A stretch of DNA of 63,254 nt, filler included, from Lenisia limosa (lineage: Eukaryota; Protista; Breviatea), in the NCBI GenBank assembly GCA_001655205.1. It is 14 parts of 14 records of this genome, joined end to end, with 100 filler letters (N's around TTAATTAATTAA, not from the genome) between each part and the next. Parts side by side here need not be neighbours in the genome. Positions count along the whole stretch, not along the records: positions 5,289 to 13,418 come from LPNZ01005442.1; positions 13,519 to 15,922 come from LPNZ01001225.1; positions 16,023 to 18,444 come from LPNZ01003453.1; positions 18,545 to 20,391 come from LPNZ01008121.1; positions 20,492 to 25,681 come from LPNZ01001861.1; 9 more parts are not named here. One strand, 5' to 3'. The position numbers and the translations under genes were made by a program. Each line of letters begins with the position of its first letter. The first letter of the stretch is position 1. Positions 11,612-23,065 of the stretch are shown here, in pieces. Under the pieces are notes generated by a model that did no database searches, was not told the DNA's origin, and saw only the letters and a program-made list of their open reading frames with translations.

Positions 11612-13583
11612 ATATCGATATTTATGCAAGTGTACGAGATATGGCTGACCCGAAGTCCAAAGAGGCACTTAAGCGGCACAAATCCTACCCTCATGAACTT
11701 CCTTTGGCAAATCATTCACTTCTCAATAGTGAAAATCCTACTGAGGACTTTGAGGAAAATGATTCCTGAAATACCAGAAGAAGAAGCCTTTCGGAATGTT
11801 CTCTTGAAGCCAAAGCAGGCTGGGGCCGAAGCACAAAAGCAGGAAAAGAGATTGAGGAAACGAGCTGGTGATGTGGAGGCAATGGTTGATGGAACAGCTC
11901 GGGCTCAAGCAGTTTTGAAACAGACTGGAGTATCATGGTTGTGGTCGTGGGGGTACACGTGGAGCGGAAGAGGCCGTGGTGCCAAAAAGTAAATCTGTAA
12001 TGCATATACATGCATATCTTCTTATCTTATTTCCAAAGTGTGGTAAATCAAAAGCATTAATTAAAAAGTTATCATTTTGTAATAATATTTTGGAAAATTG
12101 TACTTTGAAATTCACACTCAGGTTGGGATTCACACTCAGGTGTGGTGCCTTATTACTAAATTATATGTTTATGTATACTCGGGATGTATCATATTTGTAT
12201 ATGTTCAAAAGATTTGAAAAATGGTGGGGCAAAAAATGGTGACTCCGTATACTGCTCAGGATGTTATGAGTATAAAAATTGAACGGTCTGGCCCAAATAT
12301 AATTCTTCTCCATTTTTACTTGTATATGTATGTATAAACAGCATAAACGAAGAATGATTATTTATAAATGTAGGTGCAATTGAGGCAATTGATAAAAATG
12401 ATTATTCACAAGTTAGTCTGACTCCTTTGGGAAATTTTTTGGCAAATATTCCTTCATCAAAATCAATAGGTTTTCTATTCTGTCACTTAGTTTTTTTAGG
12501 GGTGTTCTTGGCGTATTGCTATATTTTCAATGTTTTGAAAGATGGTGTTATTCTCGCTGGAATAGCATCCCGCCAAAATCCTATTAAGCATCCTTCTTCT
12601 CAAATAGTTACTTCTTATTATGCAAAAAAAAAATTTGCTTGTAATACAAGAAGGTAAGCTCTTTAAAAATTTCTCCATCATATGTCGCAATAAATTTCCC
12701 CGAAATATCTACACTATCAGTTTCCCAATATTATGGCTAGTTTCCTTTTCAAAAGAGTTATAACTCTTTCACAATTCAACTACACTATAGAAGACAACCA
12801 ATCATCCCTTACAGCCTCATCCCCGTCGCAATCTGTGTTAATGCTGAAATATGAATTTTCAAGTGGTTCGTTTATCAGTTTAGTAAGTTGTTTTTGGTTA
12901 TAATAACCAAACTGAACCGAAATGAAGTACTATGTGGCCCAGAATGCAACAGTAAAATTACAGGCTTTCTTAGTGAATCGTTAGGTATTTTTGCGGTCCG
13001 AGATTTGGCCTATAATTATCATTTTGAGTTTCAAATCCAGAGAAACCACTTTCTAGTCCAAATTTCTTGCCTCATTCTCTTTCAGGGTTGTTTTGAGTTT
13101 TTTTTTAAAAAAAAAATCAGGAACATTTGCTAAAAAAATAAGTTGGGGGCGGGGCAGTATAAACGACTCGAGTACAGGCCATTCATTGTTGTTCTTCTCT
13201 CAAAGAACAAGAATCTGGTTTTGGGTTAGATTTGATGGCATTTTAGCGTAACTAGAAATCGCAACCCTCCGAAATTGTAATCATCTTCTACTTCTCTCCT
13301 TCCAGCACCTATTGTTAAGGTATGTGCCGGTTCTTCTCACTTTTGAGATGCAAAACCACACAATTATGATGTTTGGTTGCTTTACAATCATTATATATAT
13401 CCCCGTCCACAAAAACCGNNNNNNNNNNNNNNNNNNNNNNNNNNNNNNNNNNNNNNNNNNNNTTAATTAATTAANNNNNNNNNNNNNNNNNNNNNNNNNN
13501 NNNNNNNNNNNNNNNNNNAATAAACTACTATCGTTTCAGTTGATTTAAGTTAAGTTTGTTTGTGTAATTAACTATTATGTAGA

Positions 13584-15903
13584 GGACATGAACTTTACTT
13601 ATGACGAATTCGACTTCCAACCTGCTGTGCTGACTGAGTATGACCCAACCCACACCAAGGTAAGGATTTTTAGAATTTTATTTCATTTCTTCTAGTTTTT
13701 TGAGGATTCACTATTGACTGTCAGATGATTTCGATTCTTATATTATTGCTAATATTATTTTCGATTTCTATGCGGGTAAATATATCCAGACTTTGTGTTT
13801 GTTTTGCTGAATTGATGCTCCCAGTCTCCGTGACAGGACAGCTATTTCACATTTATTCAATTATTTCGATTTCACCTCTACTAGGTTCACCAGCGCAACT
13901 ACAACACGCAAAACAACTATACCATGGTGATTTCCTTCAGTACCAAATCATTCGAGTGCATTCGTCAGTTCATCGTCTACACGCCAGATAAGCACTACAA
14001 CTCTTTCTTCGATCCCGAAGACATCGTGACCTTAACTGTCTCGGATGACGGAAACTGCGGAGATGGTGGAGAGCTTTCCGCTTCTACCTCTTTCAGAGTA
14101 TCTGTCACCCCAGCTAATGATCCTCCTCAGCTCTTCATGGATGACATCTATTACGCAAGAGAGCTTACGCCTACACGCTTTGATAATCTTGGATTCTTCG
14201 ATGCCGATATTGACGAAGTGTATAACTCTGGAGGAGTCTATACCGCGACAGTATCCGGTATCGGCAGCCTTGGTGTAGATCTTGAGGATCTTGAATACAT
14301 TGGATTCGACTCAATAACCGGAATGAATACTTCAGTCATCACTGTCGATGGCGAGTACTTCAGCATTTCACGATTCTTCGAACGTCTTGTTTTCACACCT
14401 TTTGCCGACACCGCTTCCGAAGATGAAAGCACAATCACCATCAATATCAATGATAATGGCCACATTGGTCTTGGAAACAGGTACATCGTTGTTGAATATT
14501 TAAAGGTGCTGATCGGCCCTCTTCTCGCCATCCCATCCGTTTCGGTAACCGGGAAAATTGTGACTGATAGCAGCAATATTGGAAATTTCAATGTCCTTAT
14601 CGAGAGTAACGGGCTTGAAGAAGTTGAACTTCTTATGACTTCTCCCTATTTCGTGACATCTTCAAAACAAACATACTTCAGAGTGGTGACAGATCGTGTG
14701 GAACAGTCCTTCCAGTACAAATCACACACCTGCGGTCCTACTTCCGATACTCTCACAATTGTTGTTCGCGGAGGAGACGTCAGATACGGCGGCTTCAGAT
14801 CTTCAGAAAGCACGGTCCCAGTGGAACTGAACTGTGTTCCTTCGGAATACACTCTCCTTACCGCTGCCGCAGCAACGGCTGAGGATACGCCCGTTGCTCT
14901 GTGGTTCGGAACTCTGGAATCTGTTGACAGCTCCGTGCTATTGACGCTCTCAAGTGCTGACGGCTCCTTCAGCCGCGTTGGCTCGGATGAATTTACGGCT
15001 TCTTGGTCTGATGATATCAAACTCTCGGAAATCAGTAAATTTGCCCCCCACTTCGTCTTTAAACCTTCGCTTGGCTTCAACGGAGTTGCAGAAGTTACCC
15101 TTGGTGTTGACACGTCTTTCAAGACCTTCAACGTGTCTGTCTATTCGGTTACAGATCCCTTGTCTGTAGTTGCTGTTGACAGCTATGAAAAGAGTATCTC
15201 CAGGGATACAGCAATCACTCTCGATGTACTTGCCTCTTTAGGAAGCCACCAAGATGGTGCGCAGGCTCTTAACTATTCCGTTTCAGTCATCACCTCCACT
15301 GGTAGTCTTTCTATTGAACCAACACTGTTTAACGCTACTGTTTTACCTCAGAGTTCAACAAAGATTACTCTCCATGGTATCGAAGCCGACATTGTTTTCG
15401 CTTTCAACTCTATCCTCCTGACACCAACCTTTGGTTACACGGGTGAGCTTTCTCTAACGATTCTATCCGGAATGTTCGGATCTGATCCAGCTCCTCAAGC
15501 CGAATTCACCATCAGGTACGTCAACTCTGTTGGCGGCGGCATACTCGACTTCAAAACCCGCCAGGCCCCTGTTCCGGTGGGAGTTACGGTCCCCCTGAGC
15601 CCCCTGGCACTTGTTGACCCCTCAATTCGTTTTGCCCAGTCCCTGGTCCAAGCCCAAATTCTCCCCGTCACGGGTTTGATTCTTGACACTGATGGCGTGA
15701 CCCCTCTCGTCGAAACTGCCACCATTACGGCAGTGCAAGATACCACTGTTGTTTTCAGAGGTCCCCGTGTACTTGATTCTCCATCAGCTGATCGTCCTTT
15801 GATTTTGGACAACCCTGGAATTGCCAACTCTATTGTACTTGTGTCATTTAATCTGAATGACTTTGCTGTTGACCTCGAGGAGTGCGGACGCACGACCCTG
15901 CAG
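13584..15903 (+). CDS. Large extracellular protein fragment with cadherin-like (bacterial adhesin type) repeats
   Basis: A ~2-kb single exon (about 13885-15903, ending at CAG|GTACGA) encodes VTLTVSDDGNCGDGGELSASTSFRVSVTPANDPP, ITININDNGHIG and AATAEDTPVAL...F.PSLGFNGVAEVTL. Short upstream exons; truncated at both ends. Confidence 0.8.
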
Positions 15904-16044
15904 GTACGATTTTGCTGAATTGNNNNNNNNNNNNNNNNNNNNNNNNNNNNNNNNNNNNNNNNNNNNTTAATTAATTAANNNNNNNNNNNNNNNNNNNNNN
16001 NNNNNNNNNNNNNNNNNNNNNNCCCCCCCCCCCCTCCCCTTACA

Positions 16045-17569
16045 AGCTTCCTTGGCACCTTTGTGACAGGAAATGTGGTTGATGTGACCGGATACGCCGA
16101 ATTCATCAAATGACACCACCTGGCATGTTAAATCTGGCTTAATTAAAAACCACTGTAAATATGTAAACGTCTTTTTGAAGTGCCCACTTCAAATTAAAAA
16201 CCAAATATTACACTGATATTAAATCTCTGTTAACCGACCATGATTGAGTAGTCAAGCAAAAACAATATGAAGAATGGGAAAGAAGAAGAAGAAAAAAAGA
16301 GTATCTAGTTAAAGCCGTTCACAAGAGATATTATTGACAATGTTAGATATAAACCAACAGAGTAGATTTGATACCAACTACATACATACCGATTTCGCAT
16401 TGACAAGGCGTGATGTGCGGATAACCTCATCGGTTACGACGTCTAATGGCCACTCTTCCGGGCCTTACTCGGGTTAGAATAGGAAAAAAATTACATACTA
16501 CCTGGGCTTCACTTCAGTTCGAAAAAGGACTGAATTTCTCGATAAATCCTCGAAAACTATCCATATATTACCGGTCAATTTCGAACCGAAGTGAAGCCCT
16601 ACATACTAAATGTATCTTTCAAATCATATAATTTCTTATACGCTGATGTTGTAAATACGAAGGAGATGACCGTCTACCATACCGTCTTGCAGCTGTGCAT
16701 GGTCAATGACTGTGACCTTATGGGGGGGCACACCTGGAGGGTCAAATATATAGCAATGAGAAAAAAAAAAAAAATAAGGTTGTATCTAGCCGAATCCGTT
16801 CACACCATCAGCTTATAAGAGATATTGGATTATAGTTGCCTACTAGCATAAAACATGCACAAATGACACCCAACATAACAAGAGACGTCTTATATCAATG
16901 GGACCCCCCCCCCCCCNNNNNNNNNNNNNNNNNNNNNNNNNNNNNNNNNNNNNNNNNNNNNNNNNNNNNNNNNNNNNNNNNNNNNNTAGTCGCCTAGAAG
17001 TGTCATAAGCTGAAGACAATGTGCAAAGATCAGATTGCCCACGCTTTAATTTATCTTGTATTCAAAAAGAAAAAAACCCACGCATACCAGTTGAAAGACA
17101 CAAGATATGGACATTGTCCTTGTTTTCATGGATGAAGGGCGCAAAGAACATGGATTCATCATCAGGGTGCGCGGTTACAACCACATACTCGCCTATGCGG
17201 TGATTGTGTGGAAATAGGCAAAAACGGAAAAATTGAGGGAAGAAAAACAAAGTAGATTTAGAAATTTTCTAAATACAGCGTAGTAAAGAAATAACAGATG
17301 ACACAGTACAATGCACATAGGCTAATATGGTCAACACTGACGATCCACAAACTATCTTCGAAAAAGTCTTTCTTTTCGTCTTTGTCTTCGGTGGTCCCGC
17401 CCATTTTAGCAGCTTTAGCGACTTTGCCTCCAAAGACCTGTGTTGCAGGGGCAACGGAGTCGTGTTTCAATTCCCTCAATTTCCAAATAAGCACAATCCA
17501 TGCTGAAATGCAAATAAACACGCAAATGACCTTCGTGATGTACATAGCAGGGATCAGATAGTCCTCCAT
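16045..17569 (-). CDS. PIGL: N-acetylglucosaminyl-phosphatidylinositol de-N-acetylase (GPI biosynthesis); 3' end truncated
   Basis: N-terminal TM helix (VICVFICISAWIVLIW), then VVVTAHPDDESMFFAP...HILCLSTG, VIDHAQLQDGM, EEWPLDVV and VVSFDEFGVSGHINH, which are the PIG-L metal-binding motifs. Start codon uncertain (frame open to 17671). Confidence 0.92.
16504..16599. mobile_element. 96-bp palindromic MITE, family M1 subtype A, in a PIG-L intron
   Basis: Terminal inverted repeats GGGCTTCACTTCAGTTCGAAA...TTTCGAACCGAAGTGAAGCCC. Confidence 0.85.
16747..16835 (-). repeat. Dispersed repeat family C next to a 3' splice site (other copies at about 18322, 33635, 44073, 44815, 50095, 53545, 59333, 60881)
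   Basis: Consensus GCAATGAGAAATAAAAACAAGGTTGTATCTGGCCGAAGCCGTCCACACCATCACGCTTATAAGAGATATTGGATTATAG recurs on several scaffolds. Confidence 0.85.
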
Positions 17570-17848
17570 TGTAGTAGGTTCATTAAAGTCTTCATTACTC
17601 GAACTCATATCTTCCTCTAAGTTCTTCAGGACTTGTTCTATTAACTCCAGTCCTTTTTCTTCCATATTCAATCAGTATTTTTAACCATCCTTCCATTTTT
17701 TTTAAAATAGGCAAAACACGGGGCACCGCAAGAGAACGTAATTGTGCAATTTGTTCTTTTGGAAATATACCTATTATTACCACACACACATATTCCAATA
17801 AGAAATGAAGAAACACTGTGAAAATGGGTGATCAAGAAGTACATTGGT

Positions 17849-18290
17849 TTACTCGAAGCTGTGCTTAGGGTAGCGATACACGAGCAGAGACTTCTACAAA
17901 ACCGTTAAATAGGAATGCACAAGGAACCAGGCTGGAAAATACCAGTACACAAACCGTACCTTATGGGGGTCCTTGAAGAGGAGATAGCGACCATCGTCCA
18001 TGTCTTGAGACATAAAGCGCTGGATGAGGGCCTTCAGCACACCCCATGCGTTGAGGTAGCTGGATGTCAATGGAAGAAAAATGGGACTATAAAACAAAAA
18101 GGTGGAGAACGATGGTGAAAATAATACAATTCAAGCAACAGAAAAAAAGGACTTACTTGAATTGAGTCTGTTGGGCGAACTCCTTGAGGTTGTAGCTCTG
18201 GACGCCAAGAACGGTGTGACCAAGGGGGGACCTCATGGCGGTACGGGTGACGTAACCGAGTTGGAGAGCGTCAGCTGAGGAGAGCATAGC
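17849..18290 (-). CDS. EIF3D: Eukaryotic translation initiation factor 3 subunit D, 3' part
   Basis: AMLSSADALQLGYVTR...HTVLGVQSYNLKEFAQQ, NAWGVLKALIQRFM..DDGRYLLFKDPHK|KSLLVYRYPKHSFE* matches the eIF3d C-terminus. Confidence 0.93.
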
Positions 18291-18628
18291 CTGATGCAGT
18301 GAATAACGTTATAAATATTTAACAATGAGAAATATAAAACAAGGTTGTATCTGTTAGAATCCGTCCAGAGCATCACGCTTATAAGATATCGGTTCGAGAA
18401 AAGACTGAATTTCTTCCTCCCTCTCTCTCCTTGGAATCCGGAAANNNNNNNNNNNNNNNNNNNNNNNNNNNNNNNNNNNNNNNNNNNNTTAATTAATTAA
18501 NNNNNNNNNNNNNNNNNNNNNNNNNNNNNNNNNNNNNNNNNNNNGAGCCTTTTTTTCATGAACAAGTGCAAAACCAGGAGAAGTCCCTCTTTGCCAGTTT
18601 TAATATGAATTATCATGTTGTTTTCCAG

Positions 18629-20335
18629 GGTGGAATATCAATGAAGAGCTATACGACTTCTCATTTTGGACCGGGCCAAATTCACCCTCCGCAGCCTCGT
18701 CGTTCTTTTATCAGATCCTATCCTTGTGCCCCAAGGGCTTCAGAATCGTCGCCGTGCAGCCGCCGCCGTACTGGAAAATCAAGGACTTCTGCAAGGGCTT
18801 TTCTAAGTTCCTTGCCCATCTCAAGATCGATAGAGTGGGGAAAGCTGGGTTGCTGGGATTATTAGGTGACATTGGGCAAAGTATTACTTTTTAATTAGGA
18901 TTTTCTTTGCTTTGCACAGAGCCCTCTAACGTTGTAGATTCACCTCTTCGGGTCTGCCCTTGGCGGATATTTGGTCCAGCACTATGCAGCATATAGGTGA
19001 GTTGGACAATTGCGACTGAGTTTTATTTTGAATCACTATTTTTCACTTCTCCAAATAGCAATAGTATAGGTGGTTAGGATTCGAATAAGAGCAGAGAAAC
19101 AATCCGAGGATTGACGACACATCCACTCTTTTTTGGATCAAAATGAAATCCTAGAGTTGATGCAAAGTAACAGGTTGAATAACATTGAATCAAATATATC
19201 TAACAGCTCTATCCACCAAAATTCAATTCATTACGGTAGGCCGGCACACGTCCTTTCCATGATCCTGTCAAACACCTTTTGTGATACCAAGCCTTTCAGT
19301 AAAAACGCAAGCTGGTCAGGAATGTAGGGGGGGGGGGGNNNNNNNNNNNNNNNNNNNNNNNNNNNNNNNNNNNNNNNNNNNNNNNNNNNNNNNNNNNNNN
19401 NNNCGAGGATTTCTCGAACTTGAATATAGCTCATAGTCATATGGTAGTATATGATATTCTATGACAGAGACAAGTCTTATGTTGTAATTAGCGGGTGGGG
19501 TGTTCATGGGTGTTCGTCTCATTCTACCCTGGGTGTCTGTATAGCAGTTACATGTACATTGAACTGATAGCATTATATTATTATTAATACTCTTGTCACA
19601 AAGGTGTTGACACTGTTTTCACCATTTAAATCTGAAGGTACCCATGGATGCCCAAATTTGTACTGGAGAAGATGATGCTTGACGCTTTTCCTCAAGGCGA
19701 ACAGGAGTTTGAAGTGGCTCAGTCTATCGACTTTGTTGTCTCGGAGGTGCGTATGATTATCGTCAATATTGTTTTTTGTTGTTAGAATAAACAATAAACA
19801 TGGGTGTTGATATTTGTTACCACTTGTCAAATTCGTGAATCACTATGAGGATTCAAGGAATATGATAGGACGGATTGTTAGTATATTGAGTGGATTTTAT
19901 TTTATTGTATACAACTTGTTGTAGTTTTTCATTGATCCTGGGACTATGTGGAATTTCTTTTTGAGATATTTTAGTGGCTGAAATGAAGTTTTCATCACAG
20001 TGCCTCTCTTCAAATTTCAAAACTATTTTTCAGAATTAATAGCACAGAGGTCTAATTAATCGAAAATTGTACCCAGGTAGAATAGTTAAAAACAAAAGAT
20101 AAAAATAAGTGGTCAAATGGGACAAGTCAAATAGTGAAACCTTACAAACTGTGAAATATCAAAGTTTTGAAAAACTAGTTTGATATTGAAGTTCTCGATG
20201 ATGAACCTATTAATGTTGTACTCAGCTTGAGACGCTGAGCCAAGGCGAACTTGCCTCGAGACTCGTGCTTAACGTCAGCAGCTCCGACCTCAAACCTCCC
20301 CCTATTGACAGCCGGAAGGTCACAATCATGGATGT
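18629..20335 (+). CDS. SPG21: Maspardin (alpha/beta-hydrolase fold), partial
   Basis: SFFYQILSLCPKGFRIVAVQPPPYWKIKDFCKGFSKFLAHLKIDR|IHLFGSALGGYLVQHYA|RPAHVLSMILSNTFCDT|WMPKFVLEKMML...QSIDFVVSE|LETLSQGELASRLVLN...VTIMD is colinear with maspardin. Confidence 0.92.
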
Positions 20336-20507
20336 AGGGATGGGAGCTTCACATTGTTTATCTAAATATATAGTATAATGCAATATCTCTTNNNNNNNNN
20401 NNNNNNNNNNNNNNNNNNNNNNNNNNNNNNNNNNNTTAATTAATTAANNNNNNNNNNNNNNNNNNNNNNNNNNNNNNNNNNNNNNNNNNNNAGTTAGAAA
20501 GCACACA

Positions 20508-22618
20508 ATGGTATCCAGAAAGATTCCGGCAACACAGGAAATTGGTGAACGATTTGAGTTTGTTTCCAATGGATCTAAGGTTTGGTAGCAGGGCTATTGA
20601 TAAACTGTCCATTCTAGACGGTTGTCTTACTTAATGGGGGCTGTCTCCTCGAGTTTATCCCGTCTGGGAAGAAGGAAAATGTTTTGTTCCTCTCATCCAA
20701 AGCAATCCTCAACAATTTGAAGAAGGTACGCCCCTGTTTCGCTTTTATGTTTGTTCAACTTGAATCAATTTCCAGAGTCCACGCGGAGGAATACCAGTGG
20801 TCTTTCCACAAGTAGGATAGGCGGATTATATTATGGTGGGATCAATATTTCATTTAATTGTATAACATGGTTTGGGTTGTTTTCACCATTTTCTACGTAG
20901 TGATATGATAGCTCATATCCACTTCGAGACAATGCGAAAAAAATTTGTCAAGAAGTTGCTGATTAGTATGAAGACTCTTAAATACCTGCTTTACCTGAAG
21001 TAGTTTGGAGATGGACCCCTTCCCAAACATGGCTTTGTCAGAAACATGCTCTGGAAACACGAAGAGGAGGTAAGAATACACAAAAGTCGTAAAGAATCTT
21101 ATGTCGTTTTTTTTTCTCATTTTCATAGAGTGTAAATACACTGTTTGTATATAAACTAAGAAATAACAAGACAAAAGGTCAACTATTTCACAATCAGCTT
21201 TTAAAGACTTTTTTAGAAACTTTTTGAAGATCTAGTATTTGTTTAAATTATTTTTTGTTCTCATGATCAATTATCGACTGTTAAATGCCTTTGGAGTGTA
21301 TATTCTTATTATCACATAGAAAGACACTGCATCCTCATTCACAATTTCTGTATGTGATACTAAAGAGTCCAGGAAGATATGGGACTTTGCATTCAAATTG
21401 GTAGGGCGAGCCATGGGGGGAAGTATCTGTCACAGGGTTCTCACCAATTAAGGCAATTACATACACAGTATTAGCTTCAGAGCTAAACGCTGATGTGAAC
21501 ATTCAAATGGACGAGGTTGAGCCCTTCTCTATTCTTTTGCACCCGTATTTCAGAGTCAGCCGCCCAGAAAATGCCATTATCCGAGTTTCAGGTGAGTGTT
21601 CTAATAATCTTGAGCCTGATCCACATTCCCGCGTTTCTTTAACTATCCATAATGTACTAATGCATATTGGTTTTCTTGTTAGTTTTTGTGCACGGTATGA
21701 ATCCCCTCCAGGCCTGCAAAGTGATACCTTATCGTATTACTGCAAAGTTGACGGTTCTCAATTAAATATGGACTTGAAAAATGGTGAGAAGGAATGAAGG
21801 TGATGCCTAGAAACTTACACAAAGTCTTTTGATCTTTCAGGAACAGCTATCCAAGAGATTGACGGTTCTGAAATCGACAGGGTAGGGCAAATTACTTGAG
21901 TTGCTTCGATTAATGATATAAATATTTTGGGATCATACTAAATGAGTTGCTGATATCACAAACATATCACAAGTTCTTCAGTGTTTCAATTTTAAAATTT
22001 GATAATTTGATAGGTTATTCTGAAAAAAGTCCCAAATGTATGTTTCTATACTATTCTAGATTGATATCTGTGAAAAAGTGACATAACTCTCTGCTTCCTA
22101 GGGCACTTTGCGTGACTTTAGCAGGTATTCCGAAATTGTGAAAATGGAGCTACAGTCGAATGGAAAGGAGAGAGTCACACCTCTGTGGAATATACAGGCT
22201 TCAAGGACCTTGGTATTGGGGGGGGGGGGGGNNNNNNNNNNNNNNNNNNNNNNNNNNNNNNNNNNNNNNNNNNNNNNNNNGCCTTACTTTTGTGCAATAC
22301 TTCTTTTTTATCATTTAGTTTGTTGGAACATTGGGCGAAATAAGGCAGCTGGCCTTGCTGATCTTGGTGAAGATGAGGTATGTCGAATTATGTGAGTGAA
22401 AACTCCTCACCCTGCAGGACCTTGATTATGTTTGTGTGGAACCAGGTACACTTTACGACCGTGCAACTGCGCCTTTCAAAGCACAACTCTCAATTAAAGT
22501 CTAATCATTCCAAACCATTAATGAACTCATTTACTAATTTGGTTTTGGTTTAGTTTTGCTTCTTCCCGAAATTCAAATTACCAAATTACATCCCGAATCT
22601 TATCTACCTGAGTCTTGA
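20508..22618 (+). CDS. Glucose-6-phosphate 1-epimerase / aldose 1-epimerase family
   Basis: VLFLSSKA..|SPRGGIPVVFPQ|FGDGPLPKHGFVRN.LW, FSILLHPYFRVS, EIDR|VF, GFKDLVCWN...LADLGEDE|DLDYVCVEP. Start and end approximate. Confidence 0.9.
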
Positions 22619-23065
22619 AGGAAACAACATGAAATAGGCAACTATGTAGCTCTGTAGCTATGGAGCTATATGGTAACAGCTAAAACAGTGTGTTGCGTGT
22701 ACAACGTGTATGTAGAAAAATTACAAAATTACAGAATTGTGGGGATTTCAAATTGATTCACCCCCTCCCCTGGCGTCAAGCCATGTCACAGGGCTGCAAA
22801 AGAGAGGTCAAGTTCTGGGAGTTCTGGTCTCAAGGTCTCAACAAGTCGAGGTGTATGGTCGGCGGTCGGGCAGATGGAAAGTTTGCAACTATTGTAACTA
22901 ATGTAAACAAAGTATATATAGTTTTTTTTTTACAAAAAATGTGGCAGATAATCAAATAAGAGTAGCATAATATTGCACATCTGTACATTGTTCAATTAAG
23001 GCACAGCTTTCTGCTTTATATCGAGTAACAAACACAGTTTATAGGTTTCTCTTCTTTGAGTCACA

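Noticed and set aside
12427-13133. GIASRQNPIKHP segment hinting at a tyrosine recombinase (Crypton-like)
   Set aside because: No R-H-R-Y catalytic residues and no continuous frame found; too little support.
13924-15918. S4 as bacterial contamination
   Set aside because: Upstream GT-AG exons and a CAG|GTACGA donor at the 3' end show it is a spliced eukaryotic gene.
16045-16112. Plus-strand reading FLGTFVTGNVVDVTGYAEFIK* as the end of another gene
   Set aside because: The minus strand encodes the PIG-L motif VVSFDEFGVSGHINH with proper splice sites.
19573-19830. Minus-strand ORF suggesting a gene nested in maspardin
   Set aside because: It is the antisense of a genuine maspardin exon (YPWMPKFVLEK...SIDFVVSE).
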